In this document: in pieces, positions 35,324 to 48,208 of the stretch
Layout: the number at the start of each line of letters is the position of its first letter
Position numbering within the stretch: the stretch's first letter is position 1
Assembly (NCBI GenBank): GCA_043228905.1
Contig: JBHGNT010000064.1
Coordinates: 78,738 to 142,737, forward strand
Reading direction: 5' to 3'
DNA from: Azolla caroliniana
Lineage: Eukaryota > Plantae > Polypodiophyta
Length of the DNA: 64,000 bases
Program-made: the position numbers and the translations under genes
Notes under the pieces: generated by a model
The model's database searches: none
The model's input: the letters and a program-made list of their open reading frames with translations, nothing else
What the model was told of the DNA's origin: nothing

Positions 35324-36024
35324 TGACGGGAACTCAAGGCTCCTTTTGCACAACGCTCGGCCACAACCGAGCTTAGGATCATACACAGAAAACGGGAAAC
35401 AAATGCACGCGACACAAAGGAGAGAAAAGGTACACAGAATGTTTACGTGGAAAACCCAAAGAGGGAAAAACCACGGCAGCCCACAGGCGGCAAACTATCA
35501 CTATGTTGGAATGTACAAAACAATGAGTTCACGGAGGCAACGACCTCGTGCTCACGATCTTCGCCACAGGCGGCGGTTACAACAGAGGCAACGACCTCTT
35601 TCTCTCTCTCTCTCTCTGTACATTGTTACGTGCTCTCTCTTCTTCTTGCACCAACAAGAAAATGACAACAACGACAACTAAAAATTTGCCCTAAGTCATA
35701 TTTATACTAATATGACTTTTCGGCTATTTACAAATATAGCCTCGATGGGCTCTCAGAAACATATTTACGAATATGTCTCTTCTTCCGGTTCTCACCGGGC
35801 CTGCACCATCCGGCTCTCTGTAGCCGGGTACTCCTCATCCGGTTCTCAACAGGTTTGCACCATCCGGCTCTCCGTAGCCGGGTACTTCTCATCCGGTTCA
35901 TACCGGGCCTGCACCATCCGGCTTTCCATAGCCGGGTACTCCTCTTCTGGTTTCGGCCTCGGCCGAGATTGTTCGTCGGCACTGTTCTTCTCCCTTCCCA
36001 TCCGGAGGGACCTGTCTCCCAACA
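35324..36024 (-). mobile_element. Solo LTR of the Tork-like copia family
   Basis: TSD GTTCA; three 54-bp units. Confidence 0.93.
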
Positions 36025-36555
36025 GTTCAATCATTTGTCACTCAGCATGCTCTTTGGCCATTCGCTGGGACATCTTTATCTGCTATGTCGCCAGGAACTC
36101 CATGAGCTTGTAAGTTGTGCCGAATTGCAAGAGTGCACCAAATTCATGGGCCATGTCCAAGATGTTGGGATAAGACAACACTTCGCTTTCCACCGTCAAC
36201 ACACCTTTACCGCGTTGCGATTGTGTGGTTATTATTGGTCGCGGCTCGGATATCAACTATAGTGTCGTAGTGGCCTCTGTAAGAACGGGGTCTTCAACGT
36301 GTGGGGCCATATCTTTAACCAGTCCGCGACCATCCTTTCTGTCCAAACTCCTGCACTTGGGTTTTGGACTCTGCATGTCGCCTCTTGCTCGTCTTGGAGC
36401 ATTGTTGGTTGTGCTTCGCCAGAGTGAGCGCGGTTTGTTTGCAAGTTGTCTTGTGACGAGGCAGCTTTTGTTTTGTAGGGGTTTGCTTCTTCCTCCCATT
36501 CCATCGTCGCGAGGTCAGCTAATTTTCATTTTGCTGACCGTGGTGTAGGTGTTTG

Positions 36556-37612
36556 GCAGATCCAACAGCTCGAGTGGAGACAAGGCCCGGTTCGACTGGA
36601 CGCACCGACTCTAAATGAGGAAGATTGAGGAAGGCGATTGGATGTTGTTCTACGACAGCAACCTCGACAATCAGCACCGGTTGACCCGGAAATTCGTGCG
36701 ATGGTGGTTTAGGCCATATGTGGTGACAAGCGCAAACAACAATGGCGGAGCTCGACGAGACGAGGATCACGGTTCCGGTCTCGGGTAAACGGATCAAGGA
36801 CTTTAAGAAACGGCACGACGCGGAACCGAATCCAGAGGCGGAAGAAGAAACTGTCGAGATCGAGGAGTCAGATGAAGACCAGACCGGTGACGGATCGAGC
36901 AATGACGAGTAAAGGTTGAGCCGGAATTCCCACCATTACACTACTTGGTACATGTCGGAGAATGTGCGGTTTGGTGGGGGTGGATGTCGTGAAGGATTCC
37001 AACTTCGAGGAGAAAAGGGCTGGATGCGTGTGAACGGGGTGTGTGCAAGGATGCACACGGAAATGTACAAAAACATACATATATAACATAGGACTAGTAA
37101 GTACTAGATAGTATGGTTTAATGGGTACTTTAAAGACCCAAACGCATAGAGAGAATACAAGGATTTGATGTGAACAAAATGTGGGGGGGGGGGGAGGGGG
37201 AATCTCTAACTTTGATCACGATGTAACAATCTCCCCTTGTCCCCTTGTGCTATAAAAGCGGAACCTTAAGCCTGGTTTAGGTACCGACGTATTAGGATGA
37301 CAAAGTGTTGTCGGTTTGAGTGCCAAGCTCTCTTTCTCTCTCCCTCTCTCCTTGGCTCTCTATTTTCCCTGTGTGTTCCATGCTGATTCGGGGAAGAAGA
37401 TGAAGCCTCTACTCGCGTAGGAAGCCAGTGAGCTCCCGACTAGAGGTTCATCGTTCCATGGGTGCTTGTGGTGGTTTAAGTTCGGAGCACCATTGACGGA
37501 CAAGTTTGGTTGTATTCTTTCATTCTTTGTTAATCATTAGTATTTTGATGTGTCTTATTCCCATTTAGTCTCTGTTGTGTATGTGTCTGAGTTTGCGGGC
37601 CCGTGATCTCAT
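36556..37612 (+). mobile_element. 3' fragment of a Trp-family gypsy (integrase tail, G-rich tract, truncated LTR from 36985)
   Basis: Homologous to the minus strand of ~17460-17900; ATGTGCGGTTTGGTGGGGGTGGA precedes TGTCGTG. Confidence 0.75.
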
Positions 37613-37945
37613 TACTGATGTCCGACATTTTGACCGGAACAATACACTTCTTCAGACCGTGCGCTAACCGTCTGAGATCCGGGAATCATTCCTGATGGGA
37701 CACGCGTCCAAAAACGAACTAACAAAGCCCTTCGGACATTGTTCCGGGTTTCCTTCTCCCTTACCGACACCTTGGTCCGAGACCCCGGTTGTCCCACCCC
37801 ATTTCCATATGCGCACGCAGATTTTTTCGCGACACCGGCTTTCGATATTAGCTTCTGTTCGGCTTTCGGTGTCGGCATTTTCCGTGGCAGTTTCGGTTTA
37901 CCCTCAAGCCTGTCACGAAGGCTTGTAGTGTTAGAGGGTCGAAGA
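37613..37945 (-). repeat. Probable LTR fragment of an unassigned family
   Basis: Non-coding block that cleanly interrupts copia RT at DDEMQALS; its terminus is degenerate. Confidence 0.3.
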
Positions 37946-38622
37946 CTGAGTGCTTGCATCTCGTCATCCATGTCTTCCATCCACCGGTGGTCACGAGGTG
38001 CTTCTATAAAGCTTTCGGGCTCTTGTTCGGCCACCACATTCATCGCGAAGGCATAGGTATGGGTCATATACTCGTTGTATCCGAACCGAGTGACCAGGTT
38101 CTTCTCTCTAGAAGAGCGTCAAAGTTTTTTGTTTGCCGATCTGAACGTCTTTTGTTCTTCAGGTGTTGGCATAATGGGTACACCAAACTCACTGTCTAGT
38201 GAGCGAGCCGACACTTCCGAATCAGTGTTGTTGGGGTGGTCGACTTCATATTCGGGAACCTTACCTTTTCCTTTGTCTAATTTCGGACTTGGTGGTGACA
38301 TGGTTTGGTCGCATAAAGGCTGATGTGGTCCATTGAGCTTGGTAGAGCTTGGACTGTCCTTTGGTAGAGGACTTGGCCGAATATTGTCATCCGAGTTGAC
38401 GTTCAACTCTTCCTCAATCGGGTCGACTGGACCCGAATTGGGCTTATACCATGATGCCGCTTTCAAGAACTACATCCAGACTTACCCGAACCGCTCGGGT
38501 CGACTGGTTGAAGCACTTGTATCACTTTTTCTCCAACTTTGCATTGAGCTTCTATCATTTTTCATTCGGGATGCACGTATCCGCAATGCTTCCGAACACT
38601 TTGAGGTAGGCTGGGGGCTCAT
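37946..38622 (-). pseudogene. Ty1/copia integrase C-terminus to RT start fragment
   Basis: EPESFIEAPRDHRWMEDMDDEMQAL. Confidence 0.75.
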
Positions 38623-41350
38623 TGATGAGCATTGAAGTACGAGTCAATACTTTTGTCAGTCCGTATGGACTTGTATAAAAGTGCTCTCTGAGCACATCCT
38701 ATGTACAGAGTTTTAGAGTATTGTTTTGGAATAGAGTTTTCTGTGTTCTGCTCTCTCTATCTCTCCCAGTATGCTGTGTTGATTAAGCTTTCCATTAAAC
38801 CTTCCTTGTCTCTTGCCTTTTGTCTGTTGTTACCCGGTTGTTTCTGTTAAGCTTCCGCGTGTATTCTTTTACATGGTATCAGAGCTCGAGGGTTGAGATC
38901 CTTTGCTGCCGACAAGCAGAAAAACCCTAATCATAGTGAAGAACAGAAGAAGGAAAGAATGGACAGAGGAATGGCTAGCTCGCTTCCGACGGAGAAGCTC
39001 GACAGAAGCAACTACACATCTTGGTCGTACAAGATGCACCACTACCTACTCGGGCATGGCTACTGGAGTTATGTCGATGGAGCTAATGACGCAGCACCCG
39101 AATCGACACACAGAAATTTCCCGGCCTAGGAACAGGCGGCAAGTAGAGTTCTCTACTGCTTTGCATCCTTTGTCAGCGATCAACTTCTGAGCTACATTCA
39201 GGATGCGAGGACGCTGAAGGATGCTTGGGGAAACCTGAAGAAGATTTCCGCCGCGAGCACCACAACCAGAAAGCTCCAACTCAAGCAAGAGTTAAGCAAT
39301 GTTCGACAACGAGATATGTTGGTGGCTGATTACACCTCCAAGATCAAGGACATCTTTGACTCTCTTGCCTCTATCAATGTAAACTTCGAGGAGGATGAAA
39401 TGGTTCGAGGGCTAGCGTCGAAGTTTGGAGCATTCCGAACTATGGTCTGTATGAGGGAGAATACGTCGTCATTTTTCGACTTACAGTCGATGTTCCTAAT
39501 AGAGGATAACCACGCGGGTGTGTCAACGAGTACACACGATGACAACAAGATGATGTACACGGAAGGTTCGATGGTGGGACAGAGTACTTCTCTGAGCACT
39601 TCTCAAGTTATCTACAGAAAGAGAGAATTCGACGTGAATTCTCGTGTAGATACACACCACAGCTGAACCACATGGCTGACAGGAAGAATCGAATGATAGA
39701 GGAGGCGGCAAGGGCGATGCTTGAAGAGAAGCATCTACTGGGGTAATATTGGGCCGAAACGGTCATAACATCCGTATAGCTCCAGAATTGGGCATCCGCC
39801 AATGCAGGAGCGTCGCCACATCAGTCATACTTTAAGAAGAAGCCGAACTTGGCACACTTGAGGGTCTTCGGTAGCATCGCCTATATGTATGTGCAAAAGG
39901 AGAAATGGAGGAAACTAGACGCCAAAGCCAAGAAGTGTAACTTGGTTGGCTACTCGGATGAATAGAAGGGTTATAAGTGTTATAACCCCCGAACCAAACA
40001 ATCTCGCATAAGTCATTATGTTGTGTTTGACAAGTCCGCGTCATGGTACTTGCCTTCGCCTCCAACCCCTGAGGACTCCATTCTAATCTCTGACCAAGAG
40101 GTCAGTGAGGCTAAAATGGCTCGGGACGAAGAAGACATTGGAGCCTTTGCAGAGAGTCCAATCTCATTCAGGCTAAATGTATTATAGATCTAGGTACTAA
40201 AGTAAGCTTAAGATAAGGATAAAGTAATGATAGATAGAAAGGAGAAAGAGAAAGAAGGGTGTCGATCCACCCGACCACCCCCGAGCGAAGGGATCGAGAC
40301 GGACTCGAGCCTCAATCGGCGTCCCATACCACCGCCGTGGCGTCGAGTCGTACCTAGTGCTGGCGCGCTCGCTACAAGAGTTGACCCACCACAAGAGTAG
40401 AGTCTCGATGTAGTCAAAAGATGATCCAATGAGGGTAGCTAGGCCTCTTATTTATAGAGATACCCAAGGCCCCCAGGCAAGTTCACACTTGACCTAATGG
40501 GTTGTCTCAATCCCGAGGATTAAAAGTAATCCTCCCCTTCTTTACACTCTCGTTTAACCCTCACACTTATCCACGTGTATAGAATACTACGGTAAATTCT
40601 CACCATGGGATATTAAATGGTCATGCCCGTAACATAATGGGCTGAATGAGTGACTGAGTCGGCATGACCAGTCAGACACAGAGCCGGCAAGTAGTGGAGA
40701 CTCGACCATGCATTCCCCGCACAGGAAGCCGAGGAGACGGTTTACGCACAAAGAGAAAGGGAAGAAGAAGATGCCGGAGTACGGCACTGATAAAGACGAG
40801 TTGGATCGAATCAAATCCGACTCTAAGAAGAATGAAGACAGACCTTCGTAAACGAAGTCCGCATCGGCCAAGTGGGCCTCAAAATCGGCTAATGAGCAAT
40901 TACGCCGATCTACCCGCCAGAAGAACCCCGTGAAGCAGTTTGAATATAATGAGTACATGGCACATCATTATGTGTACATGACGCGAGTGGTGGAAGTGCA
41001 TGAGCCGGGGACCTACGTAGAAGCAACAAAGGACGCAAATTGGCGTGCCGTAATGGAGGAAGAGATGCACGCATTAGCGAAAAATGAAACATGGGACCTG
41101 GTTGACGCCCAAAAGGGTGTAAAGCCGATTGCATGCAGGTGGGTGTACAAGGTCAAGTATAACACCGACGCCTCTGTCAATCGCTACAAGGCCCAGTTAC
41201 TGGTGAAGGGATACACACAGCAACACGACATCAAGTACGATGAGACCTTTGGGTTGGTCGTAAAGATGACAACCGTCCGTGTCCTACTTGCAGTAGCCGT
41301 GGTAAAGGGGTGGCATTTACATCAGATAAATGTAAAGAATGTGTTCCTGC
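38623..41350 (+). mobile_element. Ty1/copia (non-Tork), degenerate; interrupted at 41351, 3' end not in window
   Basis: Short LTR ~38623-38873 (left end approximate); PBS-Met 38874-38885; gag from 38959; INT remnant; RT WVYKVKY...LHQINVKNVFL. Confidence 0.8.
40178..40634 (-). mobile_element. Probable solo LTR, unassigned family
   Basis: Minus strand TGTTACGG...AATACA with TATAAAT near 40450; interrupts the copia linker; TSD imperfect. Confidence 0.6.
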
Positions 41351-43300
41351 TGTTGGGAAGCCGGCCCCTCCGGATGGGATCCGGTCATGAATGAAGAGGA
41401 CCCAGTGAGAACCGGAAGAGATTCGCAAACCGGATCAGATGGACCGGGTGAGAACCAGAAGAGAAGACATATTTGTAAATATTTTTTGAGTAAACCTATT
41501 GAGGCTATATTTGTAAATAACCCTAAGTTCATATAAGTATAAATATGACTTAGGGAAATCACTTTATGAGGAGTGGTTGCCATATTGTTGTTGATATAAC
41601 TGTTGTATAGAGTGAGAGGAGATACAAAATTATACTCTGTTGTAACCTCCGATTGACGAAGATACAAAGCTCGAGGTTGTTGCCTTTGAGTCTCTGATTG
41701 TATCTTTCCTATATATAGTGATAGCTTGGAGTCTGTGGGCTCCCGTGGTTTTTTCCCATTAGGGTTTTCCACGTAAACATTATGTGTACTCTCTACTTCC
41801 CATTTTTGTGTTTTTCATTCTCATTGAAGTGATTCAAGACTCGGTTTGGCTGAGCAATATTCCGCGCTATTCTTTACAATTTGGTATTAGAGCGAACAAC
41901 ACAGGAAATGGAAGAATTGTTCGGCGACATGTTCAAGCTCACCGGCTCCAATTACTCAGTGTGGAAGTTGAAGATGAGGGCTATGCTGATGGTTAAAGAT
42001 CTTTGGTTGCAGGTTAAGTTCGGGGACAAGAGACCGGATAAGATCGACACCATAGTGTGTGAGGTGATGCACATGAAGACGATGACATACATATGATGCT
42101 TCATCGACATGAGCATGTACAACAACTTCAATGAAGAGAGCAAGGCTCATGAACTCTGGGAGAAGATCAACATCATGTTCTAGAACAAGAATGCCATTAA
42201 TCGGGTTTCGGTATTCTAGAAGCTAGTGAAGCTCTGGTACCAGGACTGCTCCAATATGGCCGAGCACATGAATGCCTTCCAGGGGCCAATACACTAAGCA
42301 ACCTGGTTGGAAGTACCTCTCGCCGATGAGGTACTCACATTACTCCTGCTCGATTCCCTCCCGGATAGTTGGGAGACGCTAGTTGTAACGTTGGGCAACG
42401 CAGGGCTGGAGGGAAAACAATTGTCCCTAGCAAGAGTCAAGTCAAGCCTGCTAGATGAAGAAGCTCGCCAGAAGGACTGGGAGTCCAGAAACGATCTAAA
42501 GGCCTTAGTGACGGAAGATGACCACAACTGGGGAAGAGGCCGGTATCAAAGTCCCCAGAACCGGGACAAATCGGGGACGAGATCGAAGTCAAGGGGGAGG
42601 CCTACTTGCTTCTATTGTGGGAAGTCGGGGCATTTCTAGAAGAGAAAGAAAGAGAAAGAAACCAGCATTGTAGATTCGTAGAAGAGTTCGGACTAGAGAG
42701 GCCCGGATCGGAAAGGAGCGTCAGCAATCGCGACAAGTGAAGAGGAACTGATGCTCATTACTAAGAAAAATGAGTTAAACCTTGTTAGCGACGAGACAAC
42801 GTGGGTTGTCGATTCCGGAGCGTCGTTCCACCTGACACTGGATCGGAAATGCTTCTCATCCTACACAATAGGTGATCATGGTTGTGTTCGTAAGGGGAAT
42901 GAAGGTACATGCCAAATTATTGGATTAAGAGATGTGTTGTTGACGACATTAACCAGATGCAAGTTGCTATTGAAGGATGTTCGACACGTTCCGGAGGTTC
43001 GACTAAACCTGATATCAGTCGGTCAACTAGATGATGAAGGCTACACAGGTAGTATCCGGAAGGGAGACATGAAGTTCCGCAAAGGGAGCCTAATAGTGGC
43101 TCGAGCCCGGCAGTTCAACACACTATACTTGATGAATGCTCGGATATGCCGGGAAGAAGTGAACGTAGCATCCAACACTACCGGTGAGCTGTGGCACAAG
43201 AGAATGTGTCATATGAGCCAGAAGGGGATGAAGAGACTTGCCGAAGACAATCTCATTGCGGTAAAGGACGTGCAACTTGAGAAGTGCATCGATTTCTTGG

Positions 43301-43523
43301 TGTTGTAGGTTTTACGGTTAGGGTTCATGGTAATGATGATTATCGATGACGAAGATAGACATGGTGTAATAGTGGAGATGATGAATGGTATGATGGTGAG
43401 AGAGAACATGAAGAACAAGACAAGCATTGAGAAGCATTGTGGGGTGGGGGGTGGTGCCTAGAATGGCTCCACCCCCCTCCCAAGGGGGTTCAACGTTAAG
43501 GGGAGAGAGAGGAAGAGAGATGA

Positions 43524-43568
<45 letters not shown>

Positions 43569-46500
43569 TGATTATTTCATATTTCATTCATTCCCCATAA
43601 GGGGTTAAATAGTACAAGAGGGGGTAGATACAAAGGGATGTAAGCCCCCTAGAGCATTCATACTGGACACTCACTCACAGCTCCTCCTATCCATCCACAT
43701 GCACACACGTGTGCATGTGTTCACATACGTATCGACTCACAATTACATTTATGCCCCCTACACACACACAACATCATGATAACATTCGACCCTTGCTCAT
43801 CACACTTAACTCTCCGTACATCTCGTACGGGGTAACACAATATGGCACGCCCGTGGGAAAGTGCCTTGCACGTCGATCCCACATGCCTTGATGATGATAT
43901 TTCTTCGACCGGAACTTCCATCGGTCTTCTCAACGATCGACTCCCTCGATCGGAGCGCTTGACTCGAATATCTCCTTCGGTCAGCGACTTCATCGACACG
44001 AACATTCTCGTTCTGTCGGTTCACGAACATTGATATCATGGGTCCAAAAACGTTGTGTATGTGTATCTTCCTTTTGTTGATTTTGTGAGTTGTGTGTCGA
44101 TCACATCCATTTCTTTTAGGTTGATGAGTTTTCGAAATTTCGTAGGTGCCCTTTGATTTTTAAAATTTTAATTATGTACGCTCTAATTTTTGAAATTTTA
44201 CTCGATACCCTCAAGGTTTCAAAATTTGTCTCGTACCCCTATTTTATCTTTTTCCCTCTCTTTTGCTTTTAGGTCATTTTTACCTTCCCTTCTGTATTTG
44301 TCTTCTTCTCTCTTCTCTTCCTCCTGTCTGTCTGTGTCTCCTTCTGCTTCTTCTCTCCCTCTGATTCTCCCGCTTGATTCTCTCTCTGTCCATGCCTCTA
44401 TCTCTAGTGCCCGAATCTTGCTTTGCTCCTCCTCTCTGTTTCCTTCTTTCGTGTTGCTTTGGTCTGCGTTTTTCTTCTTCTTGTTCATTTCTGTTCTTCT
44501 TCTTTCTTCTTCTACTGCCATCGCTGTTTCTGGCATCATTTGCTGCTTTTTTTTTCTCCTCCCATCGACCGTCTCTTTCGTCGGTTGTCTTCCTACTGCT
44601 AGTCGGCTGTCGATGCCTCCATCATTGTTGCCATCTCTATTTCCGTTGTCGTTGTCGTTTCCATCGCTTGGCCTTGTCCGGCAATCATCATCGTTGTCCG
44701 TTGCCTTTGTCGGTCGTCCATCTTTGTCACCGTTTCAACCGTCATCCGGTCGTCGGTGTCTTGCGTCGTCGCCATCTTTATCTCTGTCTTTGGCTCCATC
44801 TTCGGCCGCCTATCCAGACGTTGCACTGATTACGCTTCCGCCATTAGACCGTCCGATGTCTGGCCATCTCCATGTTTGTCGTTGTCCAGTGTCGTCCGGT
44901 CCGGCGCCTTCATTTCAGCGCCATTCGGCCACTCCGACTGCTCTTCGGTCGCACTTCAGCCGACTTTTTCCGGCCTCTCTTCCATATCTATCGGTGTCAC
45001 CCCCCTGGGTAGGATACAGTCGACCGCTCTTCCGCTCCTATCCGGCCACACCGGCTTGTCTTTCACCGTTGTTTGTAGCTTTTTTGCCGCCGTCGTTCTC
45101 AATGAACATTTTGCCACCATTCGGCGTCGTCACCATATTCCGGCCGTAGCTGTCGCTGTCCTATCGGTTCTTGTCATTCTGTTCATTTGTTTGGACCATT
45201 CCAGTATCGCTATTGCCGGCCGTCATTTGTCCGTCTCTGCTCGTCCTTGCTAGTCTCTATCCGGTCATCCTATGTCGCTGACTCTATTGGTTTCCATCAG
45301 TCTTCATTCGGTCTTCATACGGATGACGTTAGACTGCCGTTGTGGCCGTTGTTGTCCGGCCATTCAGGCTCTCCGGCTCCTGTCCAGCCGCTCATCCGGA
45401 TGTCTGTCCGTTGTCTTTTGGCTGTGCGTCTGGTCCGTCTTCTCGGTCATCTGTCTGGTTCTTTCCTACCCGTTTTCAGTTGTGTCGCTTGAGTCTGTAT
45501 GCTTCCTTTTCGCCCGTCCATTCGTCTCTGTCTGTGCTTGTGCAGTCTAGCTTGTCCGGTTGCCTCGTTTTGTTTTGATATTGTATAGTCAGTCCTCCAT
45601 GTCTTTTGGGCGTTGTCAGTTATTCTGGCCGTCAATGTCTCGTCAATGACAGCGTCTCCTTCTCTGTCTACATTGGCCCCTCTATGTTAACCAACTTTGG
45701 GTCAGGTTCTGATTCCGGTTCCGACTCTCTCTGTGTTGCTTCGTTTGGAACCATCTCTCGTGCATTCTCGGCACATTTTGCCGGCCTCCGCTCCACATAC
45801 TGCGTCTTCCACTGCAGTCTCCGGGTGGGCTTCTCTTTCCGGTCGTGTTGGCGCCGGTTCCCTCTGCGTCGCTGTTTGTCCAGCCGTGCATCTTGCACCA
45901 CGCATTCAAAACACACACATTGTCGCTAACCGCATTCGGAACCACGCACATTGACACATTGACTCGCACAAAACGTTGTTTCCATTTCTGCATTCCTCCA
46001 TAGACTTCCTCCAACATCTTCACTGTCATTTCTACGTTTCGCCATTTCTTGCACTTAGTCGCTATGGCTTGCACATCCGCGTATCATTCTTCGACTTCGT
46101 CTCCAAAGGGGGGTCACCTTAGTGGTCGCCAAAAGGTGTTGTATGTTTTAGGGTTACGGTTAGGGTTAAGGACGATGATAATCATGATAAAGATAGACAT
46201 GGTGGTTATGATGATGATGGAGAGTATGGGATTGATGGTGAGAGAGATCATGTGCATTGACAAGCATTGCGGGGTGGGGGGTGGTGCCTAGAATGGCTCC
46301 ACCCCCCTCCCAAGGGGGTTCAACGTTGAGGGGAGGGAAGAGAGAGAGAGAGAGAGAGAGATGAAAAGAGAGATAGATAGAGAGAAATGATTCATTCATT
46401 CCCCATAAGGGGTTAAATAGTACAAGAGGGGGTAGATACAAAGGGATGTAAGCCCCCTAGAGCATTCATACTGGACACTCACTCACAGCTCCTCCTATCC

Positions 46501-46645
46501 ATCCACATGCACACACGTGTGCATGTGTTCACATACGTATCGACTCACAATTACATTTATGCCCCCTACACACACACAACATCATGATAACATTCGACCC
46601 TCGCTCATCACACTTGACTCTCCGTACATCTCGTACGGGGTAACA
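43301..46645 (-). mobile_element. Non-coding, non-autonomous LTR element, copy 3 (3345 bp)
   Basis: LTRs 43301-43837 and 46137-46645; TSD CTTGG; PBS 46122-46131; module 43843-43887. Confidence 0.92.
43843..43887 (-). other. tRNA-Arg 3'-half-like module (inverted PBS)
   Basis: Minus strand GGCAT-GTGGG-ATCGA-CGTGCAAGGCACTT-TCCCAC-GGGCGTG-CCA, 5 nt from the LTR. Confidence 0.8.
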
Positions 46646-47000
46646 CTTGGCCGGAAAGCAGAACCGAACCTCCTTCTGGTCAAGAACACCAATGCGACAG
46701 AATGCACCATTGGAGCTGGTGCATACCGATGTGTGTCAAGTGGACACGAAGTCACATGCTGGATCGCAATTCTTCGTGACATTCATAGATGACCACACCC
46801 GGAAGCTGTGGGTCTCACCATTGAAGACGAAGGATCAGGTACTATCCGTCTTCAAGGAACTCCACGCGAGAGTGGAAAGACAAACCGGTTGGAAGCTAAA
46901 GGCGGTTTGAGCAGACAATGGAGGAGAATACCGGGGGCAGTTCAAGGAGTATTGCCGGTCGAAGGGAATTCAACTACAATTTAACGTGCTGAAGATGCCG

Positions 47001-47155
47001 GAACTGGACCATAATGGAGAGAGTCCACAACATGCTAATACCGGGGGCTGAACGGATGAACTGGACCATAATGGAGAGAGTCCACAACATGCTAATACCG
47101 GAGGCTGAACGGATGAACTAGACCATAATGGAGAGAGTCCACAGCATACTAATAC
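47001..47155 (+). repeat. 57-bp tandem duplication (~2.7 copies) inside the copia integrase
   Basis: GAACT(G/A)GACCATAATGGAGAGAGTCC at 47001, 47058 and 47115. Confidence 0.85.
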
Positions 47156-48133
47156 ATGCCAAGTTACCCAAGAAGTTTTGGGCTAAGGCGCTGACGACGG
47201 CAACTTACGTGATAAACAGATCACCCTCAGTACCCTTGGACAGAGACACACCGCAAAGAGTATGGACCGGTAAGGACGTGTCTTACCAGCATTTGAAGGT
47301 GTTCAGGTGTCTCGCATATGTGCATGCTGCAAAGGACAAGAGAGCAAAGTTGGATCCGAAGTCTAGGCCATGCATATTCCTTGGTTACGACGATGATGAG
47401 TTCGGTTACCGGGTGTGGGATCTGGTCGACAAAAAGGTGTTCATGGAAGATAGGACCATAGCTGACTGGGAGTTGGAGAAGAAGATGATGAACTCCGAAT
47501 CATCCAATGAAAACCAGCTTGAGGACACAAGGACCTACCCGGTTGAAAACCGGATGTTGGCCGGCAACCGGATGATACTCGACGAACCAGCCGGATACGG
47601 ACAAGAAACCGAACCGACCGAAGCAGAAGAAGAAGAAGACACCGGAACCGGACAAGATCCCGAATCTAACTCAGATGAGGAACAAACGGAGGAACCGGTA
47701 GTCAGTGTCATGATATGGCAAGACTCGAACCCATGAACTTATGCTACATGGGTCGAGCTCCTACCATTAGACAATGAATTGTATTTTGTAGGATATTATT
47801 TTCATTTATGCTTTATCATAGAAATTTGATGTATATTCCAGATCTCTCTGGAACATTCTAGAAGCTTCAGGATTATTCCTAAAAACACTATAAAAGGAGG
47901 CACAAGGCATTGTTTTGAACCAAATTGGTTCAACACCAGTCTTAAGCCTCTTAGCCGATTTGTACTTATCTTTCATATAATATAAGAGCTGCTGTCATCA
48001 TCCTATTTCTCTCTCTCTCCTCTTCTCACTTCCTCTCTCTCAGGAATCTTACGTAGTCCCGTCCTCTTAGTACTAATAGTACTACTCTTCTTAGTACTAA
48101 TTCCATCTCTGTTTTAGTACTATTCCTGACAGT

Positions 48134-48144
48134 TTGAACCAATT
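48134..48144 (+). promoter_or_regulatory. Self-priming PBS (TTGAACCAATT)
   Basis: Exact reverse complement of 47923-47933, about 30 nt downstream of the LTR TATA box. Confidence 0.8.
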
Positions 48145-48208
48145 TTTTTCCTCTTTCCTCCAGCCTACTTGTCGTTCTCCCTCATCCTCCTATCCTTTTC
48201 CCCCTACT

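Larger units (their letters stand above)
30841..36550 (-). mobile_element. 3' remnant of a second Athila/Tat-related element (3' LTR, tRNA-like module, coiled-coil ORF)
   Basis: LTR-like 30841-31113 (TGTT...AACA); module 31116-31156; minus-strand coiled-coil ORF pieces between ~36500 and 31163, interrupted by two inserts; upstream part lost at a breakpoint near 36555. Confidence 0.65.

Noticed and set aside
43527-43565. (GA)n microsatellite as an independent feature
   Set aside because: It is part of the LTR and varies by slippage between copies.
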